A stretch of DNA of 64,000 nucleotides from Raillietiella orientalis (lineage: Eukaryota), in NCBI GenBank assembly GCA_036172245.1, contig JAYWIR010000015.1:372001-436000 (forward strand), given 5' to 3'. This document shows positions 13,761 to 25,879 of this stretch, in pieces (within the stretch, counting starts at the first letter, position 1; every line of letters begins with the position of its first letter). The notes under the pieces are model-generated. The model saw only the letters and a list, made by a program, of their open reading frames with translations. It made no database searches and had not been told where the DNA came from. Position numbers and translations under genes: made by a program.

Positions 13761-14999
13761 GAAGGATTCGTAACTCTCCGGTCCTCATAACCCGAATTTC
13801 GTCCCAGGCAAAACGGCGCCTATTTTATTTCGTCTTTGTGTTTTTCACATATGTGCGTACACACGCATGAGTTCTCCTGCATGGAGCGAAGGAAAAACCC
13901 AACGCATTAATCAGGAATCGAACGCCAGGGAGAGAATGCGAACAAATGGGAGGAATAACGAGCAAAAAGCGTTAACTTCGTGAGTCATTCCTTGCGTAGT
14001 TTTTCATCTTTCACTTGGGAAAAGAAGTTTCCGTGTCTCGGAGCTAGACGTTCGCGAGATGAATTCTGTGTCATTGCGATAGCCTGCCAATAGGGACAAC
14101 AAATGTTGGTTCAGTTCCCCGCAAAGAAAGCGGATCACCAAGTAAAAGGCGGATTCTGCAGCAATCTCCGACTAATCTTTCGGGAAGACGCGCGCCCTTC
14201 CTCTCCCGCGATTACTCAGCTCGATTAAAATCACCCCCTTTCCAGACGAGCGTTTAAGCGACGATCCGGAAGGAAAATCGAGAAATTTTAATGGGATCCC
14301 GTTGCGGTCTGCGTCAGCAATGCTAGGATACAACAGGAGTCATCAGGAACTAGCGGGCAGGGGCGAAAGTATCCGTTACCCAGATACCTACCCTAGATTC
14401 CGTCGAACAGAATCTTGTATTATCCTTGGCTTCAGATCTCGCTGCGCGGGTCGGGGGGGGGGGGGGGGGAATTTGATGCATGCCATTGGCTCCCTCCCGA
14501 GGGAACAAATGAGCGAGAATCCAGACACCGCGCAAAAACCAAAAGTGTCTCTTGTGGAGATGCTCAACTGCTGCTGCAGTGATTAGCATGCACTTGCAAC
14601 GTGAGAGGCAGGGGCACTCTGGAATACCACAGCGGTCGGCCGAGGAATCGGAACTGTTTATTTTGATAATTGCCTCTGAAATTGTCTTTCGGAATTCGGA
14701 ACAGCCCTGCGCACATTGTGGTCAGCCACAGCAAAAAGACCACCCTTTGGTTTTGGTATGGTGGCTTAGTTTAAAATGGGCTCAGTAGCTAATCTTTAAA
14801 CTGAGCTCCCTGCTAACCAACCGCAACCTTAATCCACCCTCGTCAAGAGTTATTAACAGCTTTTTAGCACCTTTGCAGATTCTGCCTCGGTCGCTCCATG
14901 CTCCAGGGAAACATCTTTCTTTCAGTCCGCCCGGAAAGCGCTGGGCTGAAAGGCCACGAAGAATTCTTTTCTGGATTCACAAAGAGAAAAATGCAACGG

Positions 15000-17900
15000 C
15001 TTCCGCCGAAGTCACTTTTGACGAGTGCTTGACGCCTTCCTCAATCTTCTGAAATTTATTTTATCCGACTGGTGCCACAGGAAGTACGGGAAGGACGTGG
15101 AAGGCACAGAGATGGAAGTTCTTCCTGTTCTTCGTTGGAAAGGATGAACGTTTTACCTCCAGCCACGATCTGCATGGAACAGAAGAATTTTTCAAGTATT
15201 CTATTCCCAACACTCTGCCCCGATTCTCGGTGGAGAAAAATTCGTAAGCGATGCGTTGGCGGGAAGAGCTGGGAAGGCCCCAGACCAGCTCTTCCCTCCA
15301 ACGCATTGCTTACTTGTGGGAAGCAGAAGTCCTCCCATTTCAGTTCAAATAGCAGCTCTGCTCAAAGAGCTTCGTGATGGGGAATGCGCCCTTTTCTTTG
15401 CACGCCGACAGCAAAGGTTAGTGTTTGGCCAAACGTCTGGTGAAACAGATCCCGGCTCCAAGATGCATGGACGAAAAGAAGGAAAAAAACTTCCGCAAAA
15501 ATTCACACTTATTACGTGAGCACAGCTCTCGGATGGCTACAGGATCGGACGGAAACCATCTTTCCTTTTCCACACTGAAAGATTTTGTTTGCAGCCTCGG
15601 CGGTCGCAGTCATCCGGGAGACAATTGGACTTGGAGAGTGAAGAGAATCCAGGAAAGCTGCAACCTGCCTGCACTAAGCACTTTGGACTCTTTGATGAAC
15701 TTCTTAAAGCATCTAAGAGTCTGGAGTTCTTAGTGGGTCTAGAGTTCTTCTCGAAGCTCCTCCTACCTTCCGCTTTTTTCGTCTTCCCAGTGCTGCGTCC
15801 CTGTTCCTCTGTGTCCAAAGGACACGGCGAGAGGGAGGAAATCCATCGAGTTCGCATTGCGCCACCGAAACAGGCGAAGCGCGCTCTCCAGAACGAAATC
15901 AGAGGCTCACTTGCAGAGGGACAACACGTCTCCAACACTTGTAACCATGTGGTACCAGGCTTTCCTAAGGATGGCTTTCATCTCGCACGTCTGCTTCCGG
16001 GCTTCACTGGGATGATGCAGCTTCTGTCCCATGGAGGGCCGAGAATCTATATACATACATGCATGCATAATGAGTCAGCAAGCTAGCAAGAAATCCCGAG
16101 GTGTTTCCTCCACAGCGGAGCGCGCCTTCCTCATTCTCCAAACAAGCCTCTGCCACCTAAGTCAGCTGAGTTCGTTTCAGGGAGACGGCTCTGCTAAATT
16201 AAATTAAATCAAGATGTTCGGGATTAGGGTCTCCGCATTGTTTAGAAACAAAGGAGATTGAAAGAAGAAGTCAATATTCCCTAGGAGACCTGAGATTCCA
16301 GAAGGACCAGAACAGGAAAAGCTTGACGAGCAGCATCCGAATCTCATTGGGAAAAAAAAAACAAAAGCGAAAAACAACACGGCAAAAAAAAAAAAAAAAA
16401 AATTCGTGTCTCTTTTTGCTCCCGAAGTCTTCGTCCGCACGGGAGCAGCTCCCAATCTCGGTTCACATAGAACCTCCGAGTGGGCGCGGGATTTTTTTTT
16501 TCTGCCGCGAAGGGCGCGGAAATCATCGAGCTCCATTCAGTGCATACCGGATGTGCTCCTGGAACATCCCGTCTTGATTCTTCGTGCTGCCTGCATTGGT
16601 AGAACGCCGACCTCCGTGGTTCCACTAGAAGAAACGAACAATCGAAAAACGAAATCGAACCACCCTCGCAAACTGTCCGACCAGTGCTCCAAGAAAAGAC
16701 AAAGGTAACTTCAGTATCCAAGAAACGAAGGCGCAGGCGGAAATCGCAAAGAAATGTAAACAGGAATGTCATCACAGGAACTGAGCAGATGTCTGAGGTA
16801 TTTGCCAGGCAGCAGAACTTCCACAAAGTGTTGTGGAAACCTCCACGACTCGGTACAAATCGGTGCAGGAAAAGTCTTATCAATCTCTCTCTCTATTAGT
16901 CGTACAGTTGGTATAATGTGCTTATACAGTAAGTACATTCTGGTATTCGAGGTGATGTCTTAGCATAAGTGTTAGTTTTTTTTTATATCATTATCATCAT
17001 TAAAACATTATCAGTCTTGCATTTTGTCTCGCGGTTAACGTGCACCATGTGTGGAAATAGAAAGGCAGACTACGTGGAGAATGGATGGAGCCTGCCGGTA
17101 AGAAAACTCTGGGAAATACTGATCTCCCGCAGAAAGAAATCCTTTGCTTTCTCACTGAAGATGAATTCTTTGAAGCACTGAATTTTTCTTCCGTGACATT
17201 TCTTCCGGAGTGTTCCTCTTTCCTCGTAGAGACGCGCTGGTGTGTCTGATGTATTGCCGGAGAGTGGGTCTTCTCCGTTTGCCCTTTGTATGCTTCTGGT
17301 TGGGCAAGAAGAATGGTTCAGTCCAGCTTCCTGACACAATGTTCCTCCTTGCCAACTATACAGAGAGCCCAGAAGCGCTGACTTCCGAATCGCGGGAGCG
17401 GACCTGCTGGCAGGGTGCCACTCAACCCTCTCGCTTATGATCGTAGGCTGCGTATCAACAACGATCGTAGGGCTTAGGCCAAGAGAGAAGTGGTAGCTGA
17501 ACAGCAAAGGACGTTTGCCACTGCTAGCCGAAATTTTCAGCCATATCCACCTGCCATCTTCAGAGGTGCGCTAGAGTTGCTACAGGAAGAGCAGGAGAAG
17601 TGTAGTAGTCCTTGACCACAACGGGACTCAAATAGATATGCACGGATGAAAATTCCCATCCGTGCATCGATGGTCCCTCGAGTTGTCTTGCTCCCGCTAT
17701 TGGTTTGCATCGGACTCTTCCTTCCCTTGTAGTCTCGGGCTAATCGAATTTTGGTTTCGCTCTGCTTCGACCCTAGACAACACCACGCGGAACAGAGCTG
17801 AGCAGGCTGTGGTCTTCGCAGCATGCTCGACTCTGCTCGATGTCCACTGACCAAACAAAATCAGAAGACCTGTGTCAAAGTAGGCTGGAAACTCCTTGAC

Positions 17901-18900
17901 CCATCGATGCCAACTGCAGCAAATCGTGGGTGCAGCGCTACGATAGAGAAAGCAAAGTGGATACATTTGAAAGGGACATTCCGTATGGGATGTCTTGCAT
18001 TTCCGGAATGGGAACCTTTTTTTTTCTGCGTTTGCGATTCTCCGCCATGTGTTTCTTGGTCGCGAATGTTTCTCCTTGCAAATCCAGTCATCTGCCATCC
18101 CTGCTCCCGCAGTTCCTCTGCCGACACAGACGAGATGGAGCGATAGAACTCCTGCAGTTTTCCCTGGATGACCTTTTTTTTTTTTTAAAAAAAAAAACAA
18201 AAAAAAACACCAGTATTTGGGACTCTTTTGGTATTTGGAAATTCTCGGGAATCCCCAGCGTCCGCAAAGGGTGCACAACCTTCGGAAGATGCTGGAAGAT
18301 CTGGGAGGCAACCAGTAAACAACGGTTCTTTTATAATTAATAATCTCCATATGAAAGGTACGCAAGCTGTTTATCGCATCTGTTGCTGCTCGCGAGTCAC
18401 ATGTGACGAGTTGAACCTGGGAGCAATAAAGGAATACTTCATAATCATTAGCGGCCTCCAAAGACATGGAGAATTCCACCGGTTTATTGTTCTTCGGAGT
18501 TTAATCGAGTGGCGAGTGCGTCCTTTAGTGGAGGAGATAAAAGAATTTTGGAAAGAGTAGAAAACTGGCGTCGAACCCAAAGGAATGTTTCTCGACCCCT
18601 GCAGTCGAGAGAATAATGGGATACAGCACGAAAACGAACGAAATTTTTGTTCGGAGAATAAAAGGATTCCAGCATCCGTCTGGATTTGACTTTGCGCGCC
18701 TCGCTTCCTGTGGAGAAAAAGAGCACATGTTTTGGGCCCCTTACCTTTCACTCCAGGCATAATAATCCGTTTATCGACAGATATCTCACTTGACATCAGC
18801 TTCACGATCAACCCTTTTACAAAGTAACTGCAGGACGCATGCGTAGACGCAGGATGGGAACTCCAGACAGAGGAAAGGAAAGGATATTTTTCACGTTCTA
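15000..18900 (-). mobile_element. Degraded LINE relic C (RT and downstream region)
   Basis: LHRKRGAQSQIQTDAGILL ~ PKKGD...RPIxLL (18371-18811); LVTCDSRAATDAIN ~ LDxxKAxDxVN (17697-18479); IIPTVRLIEREIDK thumb-like (16711-16938). Highly eroded. Confidence 0.5.
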
Positions 18901-19101
18901 AGGTGAATGTTTTTCAAGTGGTTCTAATGAAGTGTCCCAGGCTGCAAGAGGAAAAGGAAGGGAGTAGGTCTTGATGAATGATGCTGGCGAGGCTGGCTCG
19001 CAAAAGAGACGCGCGCGCGCGCATGCACACGCACACACATGAAGATAGGATCTCTTGAATAGCAGCACGCAAAACTACCACCCGTGAGAAGGGGGGGGAC
19101 G

Positions 19102-19104
<3 letters not shown>

Positions 19105-19152
<48 letters not shown>
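19105..19152. repeat. (AT)24 microsatellite
   Basis: Uninterrupted AT run. Confidence 0.98.
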
Positions 19153-19155
<3 letters not shown>

Positions 19156-19449
19156 CGATTCTCCTTGACCCATCGATGCGGAAGGCTTTGGACTTTTCCC
19201 TGCCGTCATGGGGACAACGCACGCTCCTTGGCTTTTTTCGCTTTTCGAGCAGCTGCACGGGCAAGACGGGCCGTCATGTTTTCCTCATGAGGCCCCATGT
19301 GTTTCGTGTTTTATGCACGTCTTGTCAATTGCATCCACCTTAAGAAACAGAGGGCAAACAAATGAAAAGGAGGGATCGGGGTGGAGTGGGGGTGGATTTT
19401 CATTATCTTGTTCAAACGATCCTCATCAGGAGGCTGAGTCTTGAGAGGG

Positions 19450-20340
19450 CTTTCTCGGTACAGGAGGCGACCCATTTAGAACGTCGTCCGAGTGTGCTGG
19501 ACACTCGAGCACGTCATTCACGCTCTCTGACGTAGGGTCGTCCTCCGGGAATCTCCAGCTCCCTCGCGGCATTCCAAGATTCCAGGACGGTCCACGATGG
19601 GGACCCCTTTTGTTGGCGGGGTGGAGACCTATTCTTCTTTCGTCCTCCCTCCTTCAGTGGCTTCCATGCTCAAAGGAGCGCACGCAAGCGTCGACCTCCT
19701 CCTCCTCCTCCCTGGAGCACTAGGTGTGGCTTCCGGAGTGAAGGGCAATGCGATCCCAGAGGTCCCTGTAGACCACGGCATCCTTTCGCGCAATGCGCCA
19801 TGTGCCGAAGGAAAGGGAGGAGGGGAAGGGCAAGGAGGCTAGAGGGCAGCAGCTCGAATCCCCGGATCCCCGCTCCTCCCGTACGGATCCGCTCCAGCGA
19901 GTTCACTCGCCCCGCCCTGGACTGCGCACTCGGTTTCGAAAACACGGGTGCTCGAGGAGGGGCCCTTCGCGGATCCTCTTGGATTTTCCCCCGAACCCTC
20001 TCTCCTGCACTTCCGACAAAGCGGGGGGAAGCAGTCGCTGCTCCCGGGGATCGGGTTCCCCCATTGTTTGGTCATTGTTACTGTGATTTATCAAAACCGG
20101 AGCGCGCATGTGCCGCACAGCGAGGTCATGTTCGAAGCGAATGCAGAGGAGGGCGCGGTTCGCAAGCGAAGGAGCGTTTCCGTGGAGGCAGCCTGGAGGA
20201 AAAGCGGTTGCACCCCCCCCACCCACGCCTTCGCACCGCCGCTACCTCACCCGGCTCGCCTTTTGGTTGCTCTGCCACCCACCCCAGCTGCTAGCCACGT
20301 ACTCATCCGTGGAACACCGAAAGGGGCAACTGCGAGTCGA
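19450..20340 (-). mobile_element. LINE APE-endonuclease fragment (copy 1)
   Basis: Minus-strand YRDLWDRIALHSGSHT*CSREEEEEVDACV ~ DxWR....(Y/F)TW....SRLDxF. Direct paralogue of 21480-21790. Confidence 0.65.
19543..19870. repeat. Dispersed direct repeat, copy 1 (partner 21482-21790)
   Basis: Core 19660-19784 vs 21594-21718 is 117/125 identical and ungapped (manual count). Confidence 0.93.
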
Positions 20341-20389
20341 GAAAAGGACTTCTCAGGATGAGAGGGGGCTAAGGAGGAAGACAGGGTTC

Positions 20390-20530
20390 GATGACAATTA
20401 TGACGATAACAATGACTATGATGAACACGATGGTGGCGATGACAGTGACAGTCACAATGACAATGACGATAGTGATGATGACGGTCACGTGACGATAGTG
20501 GCGGTGACGATGAAGAGGAGGAGGGAAGGA
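20390..20530. repeat. Degenerate (GAT/GAC)n trinucleotide tract ending in (GAG)n
   Basis: Reads gatgacaattatgacgataacaatgac...; gives the D-rich stretch in ORF 20108-20860. Confidence 0.85.
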
Positions 20531-20869
20531 GGCGGATGCTGCGCCTTCACTTTTGAACCCCCTTCCCCTCCTGCTTCTTCATTTGGTCCACGTGACAGAG
20601 CAAGGATCTCGCTTGCGCGCAGCGGAAGGCAGACAGGCGCTCCTCTTTCCCCGATGGGCGCGCTGCAGTGGTCGATCCCAACGATGCTCTGCTGCCGCGC
20701 CGCTCCATCCTGCTGGAGAGTTTCACCTGGTCAGGAGGACTGGAAGGAAGGCTCACAGGTTCCGGAGACACCGAAGAGTTCTCGGAGGAATAGGGAAAGG
20801 AGCGCCGGTAACGCGCCGCCTCCGGGGCTCCGCTCTCACACCACTACAGAGTCCTGCTAGAAGGCAATC

Positions 20870-23800
20870 ATAGAGCAGGAACGAACGCGTGAGAGGACGG
20901 CTGGAGGATGGCTATCCTTCCAGACATCTCGGATCTAGGAGAGAGGAAGCGAAGCGCGGATGAGATCCAGGCGTTGTCCGCGGGGCGCAAGCAAGGCGAG
21001 CGCTTCCCAGACGACGTGCTACGGGAACAATGGCAGACGCAGGTGTCCAGCCGAGGGAAGGAGAAAGGAGGGAGGACGTGCAGAGTCCATAGTAGCGGTG
21101 GGGCGGAGCCGCGAGTCATGAGCGACCAGAGACAGGATGGAGGACGGAAGGAAGCATGCTGGATCTTCGTCTGCCGCTCCCATCCGCGACGGCTTCCTCT
21201 CCAGCAGCCCAAGGCGTGGGCGAGACCCATGTCGACCTTTCGAGCTTCTCCTCGTCCTGCCTTCGCCGGTCTATTCTCAGAGTGAGCAGCGTCTACGGCA
21301 CCACCTCCAGCCCAGCAAGGGAGGCTGGGAAAATGATCCCAGGACCTTTCTGCTTCCCCTGCCTCTCCGGAAGCTCCGGATGGTTGCGATAGGAAAGACT
21401 CGCTGGAGCGGATCGGAAAGCGTAGTTAGGATGTGCTGGACGCCTGAGCACGCCATTCCTGCTCTTTGACGTCGGGATGTCCTCCAGGAATCTCCATCTC
21501 CCTCAGCGCATTCCCAGATTCCAGGATGTCCGCTTTTGTTGGCGGGATGGGGAGCCAGCCTCTCTCTCCTTCTTTCGTCCCTCTCTTTCAGTCGCTTCCA
21601 TGCTCAAAGGAGCTCACGAAAGCGTCGACCTCCTCCTTCTCCTCCCTGGAGCACCAGGTGTGGCTTCTGGAGTGAAGGGCGAGGCGATCCCAGAGGTCCC
21701 TGTAGACCACAGCATCCTCTCGTGCCCTGCCCCGGCATGTACCGGAGGGAAGGCGCGAGAGGGGGGGGAAAGGGTATCTCGAATTCCCGGATACTCGCTC
21801 TCGGACGTCTCGGCGCCTTCTCGATCCGTTCCAGTCCGACCTCATCGGACTCCACACTGAGGCTCGGAGATGTCCCTCCGGCACGCGTCGGGGGGCAGGT
21901 AGATTGACTACGACGGTCCTCAAGCGAAGGAAGCCGCCTGAGGGCCTGATAAAACGCGTGCAAGCCGCTTGTTTTTCCGGATCTCCGGAGAACGAGATCC
22001 CGAGGGAGATCTCGTCATGTGATGAAGAGCAATCACACGATCTTCCGTTCGCACATTCCCGTCGGATTGCGTCCAGGACGTGGGGACACCTCACCGTTGC
22101 CTGGAGGCAGCTTTCCGATATCGCCTCTTTTTTTTATCTCTCACTTCCTTGGGGCATCTTTCTTCTAAATGAGGTTGTTCTTGGAGACGAATTCTAACGT
22201 AGATTTTCCCATTCGCCCCCGAGGAAAGCGCTCTGCTTCTTCGGAGGTAGCTGCATCCCTCGCTTTTTCTCCCCCCACATACGATTTGTCAGGACGCTCC
22301 TTCGTCTCTCTCTCTCTCTCTCTCAACGGGCACTGGTCCGGACAGCATCGCTTCACATCTTTCGAGGCAGAGGAGAACCTTGCGTGCGTCTTCTGGGCTT
22401 CTTCTTCCGAACCGCGGAACGGCGTCTTCGTTCACCGTGCCTACGGCGCCTCTGCCTCCCCTATCTGATTCCCAGAGAGTTTTTCTCTAGGAATCCGACC
22501 TCTGAGGAAGAAGCTGAGAGGCCCTCGGCTTGCCAGGAGCTGACTTTGGGGAGCCAACCCTCTACAGCGCATCCTCTCGGATCAACGGGATGCAGAGGAG
22601 GCATCCGTCTATCCGACTTCGGCAGCGATCAGCGCAATGGGGGGCGACGAGAGTAGCAGATGCGGCAGACAACAGAGAAGAATCGACGGCCGACTTCTGC
22701 AGTTCGAGGCGCCACGCGGGCGGAGCCTCCCCTTCCTTGAGGGACCGCAAGGAAGAATGAGGGCAGCAGACAAGCTGCCTCGGGCTCTCCTTACGACCTC
22801 AGGCTTCGGAATCCGCAGCAGCCTGTTCGACCCTCCAGGCACCTCGGCGCGCCCTTCTCCCGAAGGGCGCACACCCACCCGCTGAGCATTTCGAGGCGCT
22901 GAGGTCCCTGGAAGAGTTCCTTTCTTGAAGAAGCAGCCCACCCTTCGGCGGCCAAAGGGAATCAGGAGGCTCCAGCTGTGCGGCACGAGCCGGATCTCCT
23001 GCGCGGGAGGGAACCGAATTCCTTGCCTTTGGGGTCGATGCGCCATTTCCATGGAGACCGTGGAATCCGGAGGAGCAGAAATTTTCAGAGTTCCCACGCC
23101 TTCGTGAGACCGTCCGAGCCCAGCGGGGCATACGCGACATCACCCTTCCACGTGGGGAGCGTCGCTGCTGGGAAGGGTGTGGGGCACCTTCCCTGTCCAC
23201 TTCCTCCCCACCTCTCCTGAGCGCCAGGTGACCGGCACCAACGGGGATGGCAGCGTCGGTACCGCTCCCTACGTCAGTGTCGCTCCCCTCACGGGAAAGG
23301 TCCGCCGTCCCGGAGAACAGGCACTGCTCTTCACAGAGGGCGTTCCTGGACCTCCCTTTCCAGCCTGCGATGGAGCCTCCTATAAAGAAGAGGAGCGAGG
23401 GGTCCTCTCGGAAGAGGGAGAGAGAACCTCTCCCTAGAGGAGTGCGTCCCTCTTGGGGAAGGGCGAGGGCAGCGAAGTAGTGACCCCCCCTGGAAGGGAG
23501 TTGTCGGTATCCCTCAGTGCCTGTAGGTCGAGAGAACTCGCTGAAGGGGAGAGCGGCACCCTTCTGGATCGCGGCTCAAGTGCATCCCCTCCTGGACTGG
23601 GAAAACGGGCAGGAAGGACTCGGAAGCGTTCCGGGGGGCGTGCGTACCCCTTTCTCTACATCTTTGGTGGAAGACTCCGTGCTATCCTGAAATAAACTGG
23701 AGGAATTCTGGGACTGGAGCTCGCTATCACCGAGCATACGAAGAACCCTTCCGCAGCCCGTCTCCCAGCCAGCCATGGAGACCGTCAAGAACGCACGGCC

Positions 23801-23900
23801 GGCCGCGGACGGCGTCCCCACCTTGGCCACAGCTCAGAGCACGTGCGTTTGCTTCCTGGAAGGCTTCTTTCGGGAGAAACCCACCCCACTTTTCTGCCCT
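20870..23900 (-). mobile_element. LINE 5' part: possible ORF1 remnant plus APE endonuclease (copy 2)
   Basis: ORF 21588-22094 has VVVNLPAP ~ lvNvYAP and YRDLWDRLALHSRSHTWCSREEKEEVDAFVSS, both endonuclease motifs. Upstream 22.6-23.9 kb is only weakly ORF1-like. Confidence 0.62.
21482..21790. repeat. Dispersed direct repeat, copy 2 (partner 19543-19870)
   Basis: Same alignment. Confidence 0.93.
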
Positions 23901-24019
23901 TCCTGAAGCAGGACCTCATGCTTTCCCTCCTCTCCCGCTCCCCGTGTGCTATAGGGCACGAGAGGCTTCTTCTCCCTTCATCCTGATCCTCCTCCTCCTC
24001 ACCATCATCCTCATCATCT

Positions 24020-25150
24020 CTAAGGAGCGATAAGGCAGGTCGTCAGAAATCTTGGACTCCAGGGGAGACCCGCAGCAGCGAGGAAATGAAAAGCTGTGCC
24101 GGAAGAAGCGAGGAGTCCCTCAAGCGCATCTTTCTGCCATTGGTGTGCTCTGGCATACGCCACATCCTCAGGCAATGAGCTGGAAGCGCAGGACTTTGCT
24201 GTTGCCGTGCAATCCACTTAGGGGGAGTGGATTTGGCTACTCCCTGAGGCATCTGTCCTACTTTTGGCAGCTCATCCGTAGAGCTTTTGCTTCCGTAAAA
24301 CTGGGCTCTCGGCTTTTGCTTCCAGAGCCTCCTACCTAGCGGCAGGAGGCTCTGGAGTCCCGGGCTGCTACGAAAATGCGCTCAGAGGAACTGAGGGAAA
24401 TTTCATGCAAACCTCTGGGAGATCTTCTGCAGGAGTGGACGCAGTGATCTCGGATAGCCGTTACGCCCCTTGTCTCAGTACTGTCTGCCTCAGGGTAAAC
24501 GATGACAGCAGCCAAACCGGTGGGGAGGGAGTCATCCTGCACCATTGTAGGAACCGCAAAACTCCTCGACGGCTGCAAGACATTCCAGTTGGTGAGCGCT
24601 GCCATTCCTCGTTCCCTTGCAGAGGGACTCCTTCGGTTAATTGGCCTGCTCGGTGTGCCTCCCCCGAAGAAACTCACGGTCCCTTCCCTGAGTGCGGACA
24701 CCACTGCGATGGAAACCACTGGATGTTCCCTCTGTTCTGCACTGGGGATTCCGGTGCACCCGGCGCAGGTGCCTGCTTTCTGAGAGTTGCTTCCCCAAAC
24801 TGTTCCAGATGTGGGGCGACAGAATCGCTCCCGCACCTCCTGTTGGACTGTGGTTCCCTGGAGGACGTGTGTCGGAGACTCCTTTCGGAGCTCCGCCATC
24901 TGCAGGACATCCCCCCCCCCGCTTCAGACCTGCTGCGGCACTTCATTCAAGGCAGGCTGAAGACGGGAGCCGTGATCGCAACGATCTGTTGAATCCGCGC
25001 TATGGTAAGAGTCAGCTATGTGTTGGAGTCTCTTTGGCAGCGAAGGGAGGCCACCAGCATGGCAGTCGCCTCCATGAGGACGGCTGCAAAGGTGGTCTCA
25101 CCTGGAAGAAGTCATCAGTAAGATGGCCACCACACACAGCCGCTTCTAGG
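24020..25150 (+). mobile_element. LINE 3' fragment D (thumb plus zf-RVT)
   Basis: ASPNCSRCGATESLPHLLLDC (in ORF 24405-24992) is a clear CxxC-x-E-x-H-x-C zf-RVT knuckle. It is preceded by SWKRRTLLLPCNPLRGSGFG ~ W...LP...GGLG (24052-24339). Confidence 0.85.
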
Positions 25151-25879
25151 AAGGAAGGGACGAATGAAGCCAAATGCTTCTATCCCTCCCCTCCCGTCTT
25201 TTTTATTCATTTTTTGTTCCTTCCCTCTGTTCCTTACTTTTTTAGAAGCCGGTCTGCGTGACGATGGTCATCCCCAACGAACTACTGTTTTTTCTTTTTT
25301 TTTTGGCATTTTTTGTATTCCGGGGACGCCGTTCCCCTCTGACTTGTGGTTCATTTTTTAAATAAACGTCCCGGAGTCACGGAGTAAAAACCTTTCCGTC
25401 ACCGGGAACACTTTCTGCATCGTTTCGGCCCTTCACCTTTCCTCTCTTGTTTATGTGCGCCTTGCTCCGAGGTCCCGCAGCGGAAGAGACAGCTGCCGGA
25501 CCAAATCCGAAGAAACAGACTGCTGAGTATTCCGTCCCGAGCCACAAAGAGATCACGACGACTGACCGCGGTCATGGAGAGACGTGGAGGCAGCAGGCAG
25601 AGGCCGGTTCTTGAGGTGTAAGGCTGTTCCGTGCCTTCCCTGTGCCTCCTCAGCGAAGCGCAAACGTCCTGGTCTAGAGGTAAACATTAAGCAGTGGACG
25701 AGGCCGGAGGCCTCGCCCATCGCGAGCGATAAGAGAGGGAAAGGAAAGGGAAAGGAAGAGAAGATTTTTTTTTTTTTTTCTGCGTGTGGGAGGGGGGGGG
25801 GGGGGAATGGAGGAGGGTTCTTTCCCTCAGTGCCCGAAAGCCAAGCGAATCCAAGCACCTTCGTCACGGGCAAAGCAGG

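Noticed and set aside
19543..21790. LTR pair of an LTR retroelement
   Set aside because: The repeated unit encodes LINE endonuclease motifs. No TG...CA termini, PBS or gag/integrase were seen.
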